Of a stretch of 28,882 bases of DNA, positions 25,432-28,882 are shown piece after piece. The notes under the pieces are model-generated. The model was not told the DNA's origin, ran no database searches, and saw nothing but the letters and a program-made list of their open reading frames with translations. Location: assembly GCA_016928955.1 (NCBI GenBank), contig JAFGJV010000004.1, positions 385,736 to 414,617 on the forward strand. Direction: 5' to 3'. The position numbers were made by a program, and so were the translations under genes. The DNA is from Spirochaetales bacterium (GTDB taxonomy: Bacteria; Spirochaetota; Spirochaetia; Treponematales; UBA12059). Position 1 is the first letter of the stretch, and each line of letters starts with the position of its first letter.

Positions 25432-26192
25432 GATGCGTGCTCCGGATAGCCTATGACGGCGGCCATGCGCGTGAATGCCTGTGGCCCCTCCCGCCTGAAG
25501 GAACCAAAGATAGGGTCGCACGACGTGCAGTCCGTGGCCACGGACAGGTATCCTATACCCAGGCGCTCGGCCAGGGCGACATTGGCGGCGGCAAGATTGA
25601 GCCGGGGTCCATCGTCGTGCCAAAGGACGGCAGCCTGCCCAAACTGGTCGCTAAAGGCCTTGGCCCTGCCTGCATCCACGCGGTAACAGCACGGACCGAT
25701 ATGGGGACCGAGGCACGCAGCCAGGTCAGCCGGCCGCGTGCCGTACGTGCGGCCCATCAGCTCGACAGCGTCCTCCAGAATACCGGTACCCTTCCAGCCA
25801 GAGTGCAGGAGCCCAAAGGCTCCGGACCAGGTGTCATACAGATAGATGGGCATGCAGTCTGCCACCGTGACCACGGCGCAAACCGATGGATTGTCGGTAA
25901 CGATGCCGTCCGCCTCAACCCCGGCTAGTTGGTCCGCTGACCGTGCCGCCACGACCCGGCGGCTGTGCGCCAGGGTCACGGCCAGAACGCGCCCATGCTT
26001 ACAGCCCTGCGACGAAAGCCACGCGTCGCGCACCGGGTTGCCGCGAGCAGGCTCATAGGTCATGGGGCCCGCCGACCGTGGGCTGAGCATGGCCCGAGGG
26101 CCTCCGCTGGGCCATAGGGGTAGGATCAGCGCCGCTCCCGGAACCGTGTCCACGGCGGCGGAAAAAAAGGTAACGGCCCGGGTGTCCGTCAT
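25428..26192 (-). CDS. pgeF: PgeF/YfiH (polyphenol oxidase/laccase-like) family protein
   Basis: H, ADG..T, VADC.P, HSGWKG, GP.IGPCCY, CTSC...F.S.RR, RM.A.I. Confidence 0.88.
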   Translation of the reverse strand: MTDTRAVTFFSAAVDTVPGAALILPLWPSGGPRAMLSPRSAGPMTYEPARGNPVRDAWLSSQGCKHGRVLAVTLAHSRRVVAARSADQLAGVEADGIVTDNPSVCAVVTVADCMPIYLYDTWSGAFGLLHSGWKGTGILEDAVELMGRTYGTRPADLAACLGPHIGPCCYRVDAGRAKAFSDQFGQAAVLWHDDGPRLNLAAANVALAERLGIGYLSVATDCTSCDPIFGSFRREGPQAFTRMAAVIGYPEHAS

Positions 26193-27898
26193 TCGGCCAC
26201 GCTCAGGGCCACCCGGGAAAGTTCTCCCATCAGGTACACGGCCTTCTCAAAACGGTTTTTGGCCAGTTCCAGGTTCTTCTGAAAATCCTTGTTGGCCTTG
26301 CCGTCGATGCTGGACAGGTTGGCCAGCGAGTCGTAGCGACCGCGGGCCTCGGCCTGCAGTATGCCCTTGAGTATCAGCTGCATCTTGGTCATGGCGTCGT
26401 TGGCGCGCCTAAGGAGGGTCTCAGCCTCGGTTTCAGCCGCCTGCACGGCCGATTCGACCTTGCGTTTTTTGATCTGGACCGGAATGAGCTCGTTTTTGGC
26501 ATGGTAGTACGTGGCGCCGAGCTCGCCGTCCGGGGCCAGGCGTTTGTCCAGGTTTTTCAATGCCTCGCCCGTCTGGAGCAGGCTGTTGTACGCGTCGGTG
26601 AATTCCAGCCGGTTGTCGCGTTTGTAAAACTCGCCGTCCAGCAGCACCACCTTGAGCACCTTGTTGATGTCATTGAGGAAGACGCCGTGGTAGAACGATT
26701 CCAGAAAGCGTATGGCGCGGGCAAAGCGCAGGGGCGGCACGGCTTCCGCGCCCGTCTCCGACACGTGTTCCAGCCAGCTCCGGTTATCGGCGCCTATCAG
26801 GGCGACTATGTCGGCGTCCAGCTGCCGGATACGGCGTTCCGCGATGAATTTCTGGTAGCGCTTGTCTATCCTGTCCTTCCAGTACGCCTTGAAGAGCGCG
26901 AACCAGTCCTCCCCGCCGGAAAAATTTGGACAATGCCAGTTGGGATCCTCGTTGGCCACGCGCAGGAACATGGCCAGGGGTACGCGCGCGTTGAATCCCC
27001 GGATGACCGAGAGGGCCTTGGTCGCGTTGGCCATTTCCGAGCGCACCGCCTCGTCGGCCTCCGCGCCCTGGTTCATGAACTGGTCGCCAATCACAAAGGC
27101 CAGAATGGCTTCCATCACCTTTGGCGACGGCGGATCGAGCGACAACAGCACGGACGCCAGCTCCTCGAGCTGGTCGGCGGCCGCGTAGAAGCTCAGCTCC
27201 CGCCTCCCGCTCGGCGAGGTCTGGAAGCCGTTGATCAGCCGGTCGAACAGGAAGCCGGACAGTTTTTTGAGCGCGTGCAGATTGCGCACGTCCTGAAGCA
27301 TGAGCCTCCGGTGGTCTTCGTCCATGCGGGACAGGGCCGACTCGAACGCCGCGTTGATGGCCGTGCGTATGTCCGCGTCCGTGGCCAGGGCGTTCCGCTC
27401 CAGGAAGACGTGGGGATCGGCCTCCACGCTGAGCTCCTGGTGGGTTTGCTCGAACTGCAGGGAAGCAAGGAAGGCGAAGAATTCGCCCCGGCTCTTCTCA
27501 AGGGTTTTGTCCAGAAGGTCGTAGAAGTACCGTGCTGCCCCCCTGAGGGCCGACAGCTCGTCCCGGAAAGGTTCCAGGAACACCTTGCGTTTGGTGTCCG
27601 CCAGGCCCGGCCCCTGGCTTTCCGCTTCCCGGCCTATGGACCTGAGTATGCGTTCCCGCATGACCTCTTCCCTGCTCACCCCGGTGAACACGCTCTTGAG
27701 GACGATTAGCAGACGGGGCAAAAAGCCCAGGTTCCGAAATTCTGCGGCGTAGTCGATGCGGTCGGCTGATGCCTGCACGTCCCTCCGGAGAGGCTCGTTC
27801 GGCACCGCTGCCACCCTGCCCAGCTTGGACAGGAGGGACGCCCGCTCGGCCGGGTCGAGTTCAAGCACCAGATTTTCGAATGTCGATGTTTCCGCCAT
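26189..27898 (-). CDS. conserved all-helical protein, probably spirochaete DUF5312-like
   Basis: 569 aa with normal codon usage and helical composition (GGEDWF..FK.YW, G.FYK..N..EF). The family name is from recollection only. Confidence 0.65.
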   Translation of the reverse strand: MAETSTFENLVLELDPAERASLLSKLGRVAAVPNEPLRRDVQASADRIDYAAEFRNLGFLPRLLIVLKSVFTGVSREEVMRERILRSIGREAESQGPGLADTKRKVFLEPFRDELSALRGAARYFYDLLDKTLEKSRGEFFAFLASLQFEQTHQELSVEADPHVFLERNALATDADIRTAINAAFESALSRMDEDHRRLMLQDVRNLHALKKLSGFLFDRLINGFQTSPSGRRELSFYAAADQLEELASVLLSLDPPSPKVMEAILAFVIGDQFMNQGAEADEAVRSEMANATKALSVIRGFNARVPLAMFLRVANEDPNWHCPNFSGGEDWFALFKAYWKDRIDKRYQKFIAERRIRQLDADIVALIGADNRSWLEHVSETGAEAVPPLRFARAIRFLESFYHGVFLNDINKVLKVVLLDGEFYKRDNRLEFTDAYNSLLQTGEALKNLDKRLAPDGELGATYYHAKNELIPVQIKKRKVESAVQAAETEAETLLRRANDAMTKMQLILKGILQAEARGRYDSLANLSSIDGKANKDFQKNLELAKNRFEKAVYLMGELSRVALSVAE

Positions 27899-27900
27899 AT

Positions 27901-28740
27901 CTATCTATGGTACTTGGCATTCGGCATCAAGGCAAGATCAAGCTCCACGGACACGTCCGGCCCGCCGTCCGGGTCCGGAACGTCCAGCGCGTACGCGACC
28001 AGAGCCAGGGGCTGGCCGCCCTCGCCGTACAGCTCGTCGCCCAGCAGGGGGAGTCCGAGCCAGGCCATGTGGGCCCTGATCTGGTGGCGGAAGCCTCCCG
28101 TCAGCTCCACGCGGGCCATGACCACGCATCCTTCAGCCCGGGCGTCCAGGATTTGGCTCCTGTAAACCCGCTCAGTCCAGCGCTTATCCGTGCCCGAACC
28201 GTTGTCCACGAGCGCCACGTCGCCGCAGGCGACCCTGCGTGCGCCCGGCCCGTAGGGTCGGAACCGGCTGGCCACGCTCCGGCCGCCAAGGCGCTCAGCC
28301 AGGCGCCCTGCGTCCCTGGCCCGCAGGTCCTTGGCCCAGTCGGCCGCGGCCACGCTTTGAGGACAGCCAAGCAGGGGTCGGGATCCGGGCAGTCCGAAGC
28401 CGACCGGCTCCGCTTCAACGCGGTAGCGCTTTTTGAAGCGTCCGGTAGCAGCCGCGCCCTCGAAGAAGCTGAACGCGTCGTCGTCCAGGGCGAACAACAC
28501 CAGGCCCCTGGTGTCGCGATCAAGACGGTGTACCATGCCGCCCTCGCCCTCGCGTTTCCCGCGGACCCCTGCGGCTGCCGGTATCCGGGTGCCCAGCCAG
28601 GCGGCCAGGCTTGGGCCGTGCCCGTCCGGGGCGCGCTTGCCGGGAGGAGCGCTGTGCATGCCCGCCGGTTTGTACGCCACCACAAAGCGTCCGGTATCCA
28701 GCACCACGGCCGGCTGTTCCTCGTTATCAAGCTGTATCAT
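27901..28740 (-). CDS. RluA-family RNA pseudouridine synthase
   Basis: KPAG.HS, catalytic HRLDRDT.GL, K.Y, G.RHQIR.H...LG.P..GD.LY. Confidence 0.9.
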   Translation of the reverse strand: MIQLDNEEQPAVVLDTGRFVVAYKPAGMHSAPPGKRAPDGHGPSLAAWLGTRIPAAAGVRGKREGEGGMVHRLDRDTRGLVLFALDDDAFSFFEGAAATGRFKKRYRVEAEPVGFGLPGSRPLLGCPQSVAAADWAKDLRARDAGRLAERLGGRSVASRFRPYGPGARRVACGDVALVDNGSGTDKRWTERVYRSQILDARAEGCVVMARVELTGGFRHQIRAHMAWLGLPLLGDELYGEGGQPLALVAYALDVPDPDGGPDVSVELDLALMPNAKYHR

Positions 28741-28749
28741 GGCACTTGG

Positions 28750-28778
28750 AGGCTACACGGAGCAGGCGGCTCGCGCAA
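28750..28778 (-). promoter_or_regulatory. sigma70-type promoter for the pseudouridine synthase gene
   Basis: Minus strand TTGCGC-N17-TAGCCT, 9 nt before the ATG. No SD. Confidence 0.45.
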
Positions 28779-28882
28779 GGCGTCCTTACTGCCACGAACC
28801 TTATTGGTCGCTCTGGGAGCTAGGGCTCCGTCCGACCTCAGGCAAGGGCGAACTGCGGCGTATACGCCCTCCTCACCCCCCC

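Noticed and set aside
28780..28882. Short inverted repeats (e.g. AGGGCG...CGCCCT) at the window end as a REP or mobile-element end
   Set aside because: Single copy, truncated by the window edge, with no transposase or second copy visible.

Overview
GC-rich bacterial chromosomal window. Gene content and order (rpsF-ssb-rpsR-DUF2232-rplI-dnaB, short spirochaete-type HrpA, an OmpA-domain protein, a probable DUF5312-like protein) suggest a spirochaete. Most of it is housekeeping: ribosomal/replication operon, coaX, hisS, trmB, hrpA, an anion permease, a TPP riboswitch-controlled thiBPQ transporter, an NtrC-family activator, amrB/amrA, pgeF and an RluA-type synthase. The standout is a translationally coupled four-gene minus-strand operon (19498-23964). 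It encodes a signal-peptide, single-TM membrane protein whose C-terminus is a (C-[H/Y]-x-A)n tail with 9 Cys at i+4 spacing. Directly downstream is a radical SAM/SPASM enzyme with a PqqD/RRE-like N-terminus, and two unknown membrane proteins flank the pair. This looks like a RiPP-type modification system whose core peptide is fused to a membrane protein. Other observations: a Memo/AmrB homolog lacking its usual metal ligands, amrA/amrB without amrS, several apparently leaderless promoters, and an rpsF leader RNA. All family assignments come from motif recognition only; no searches were run.
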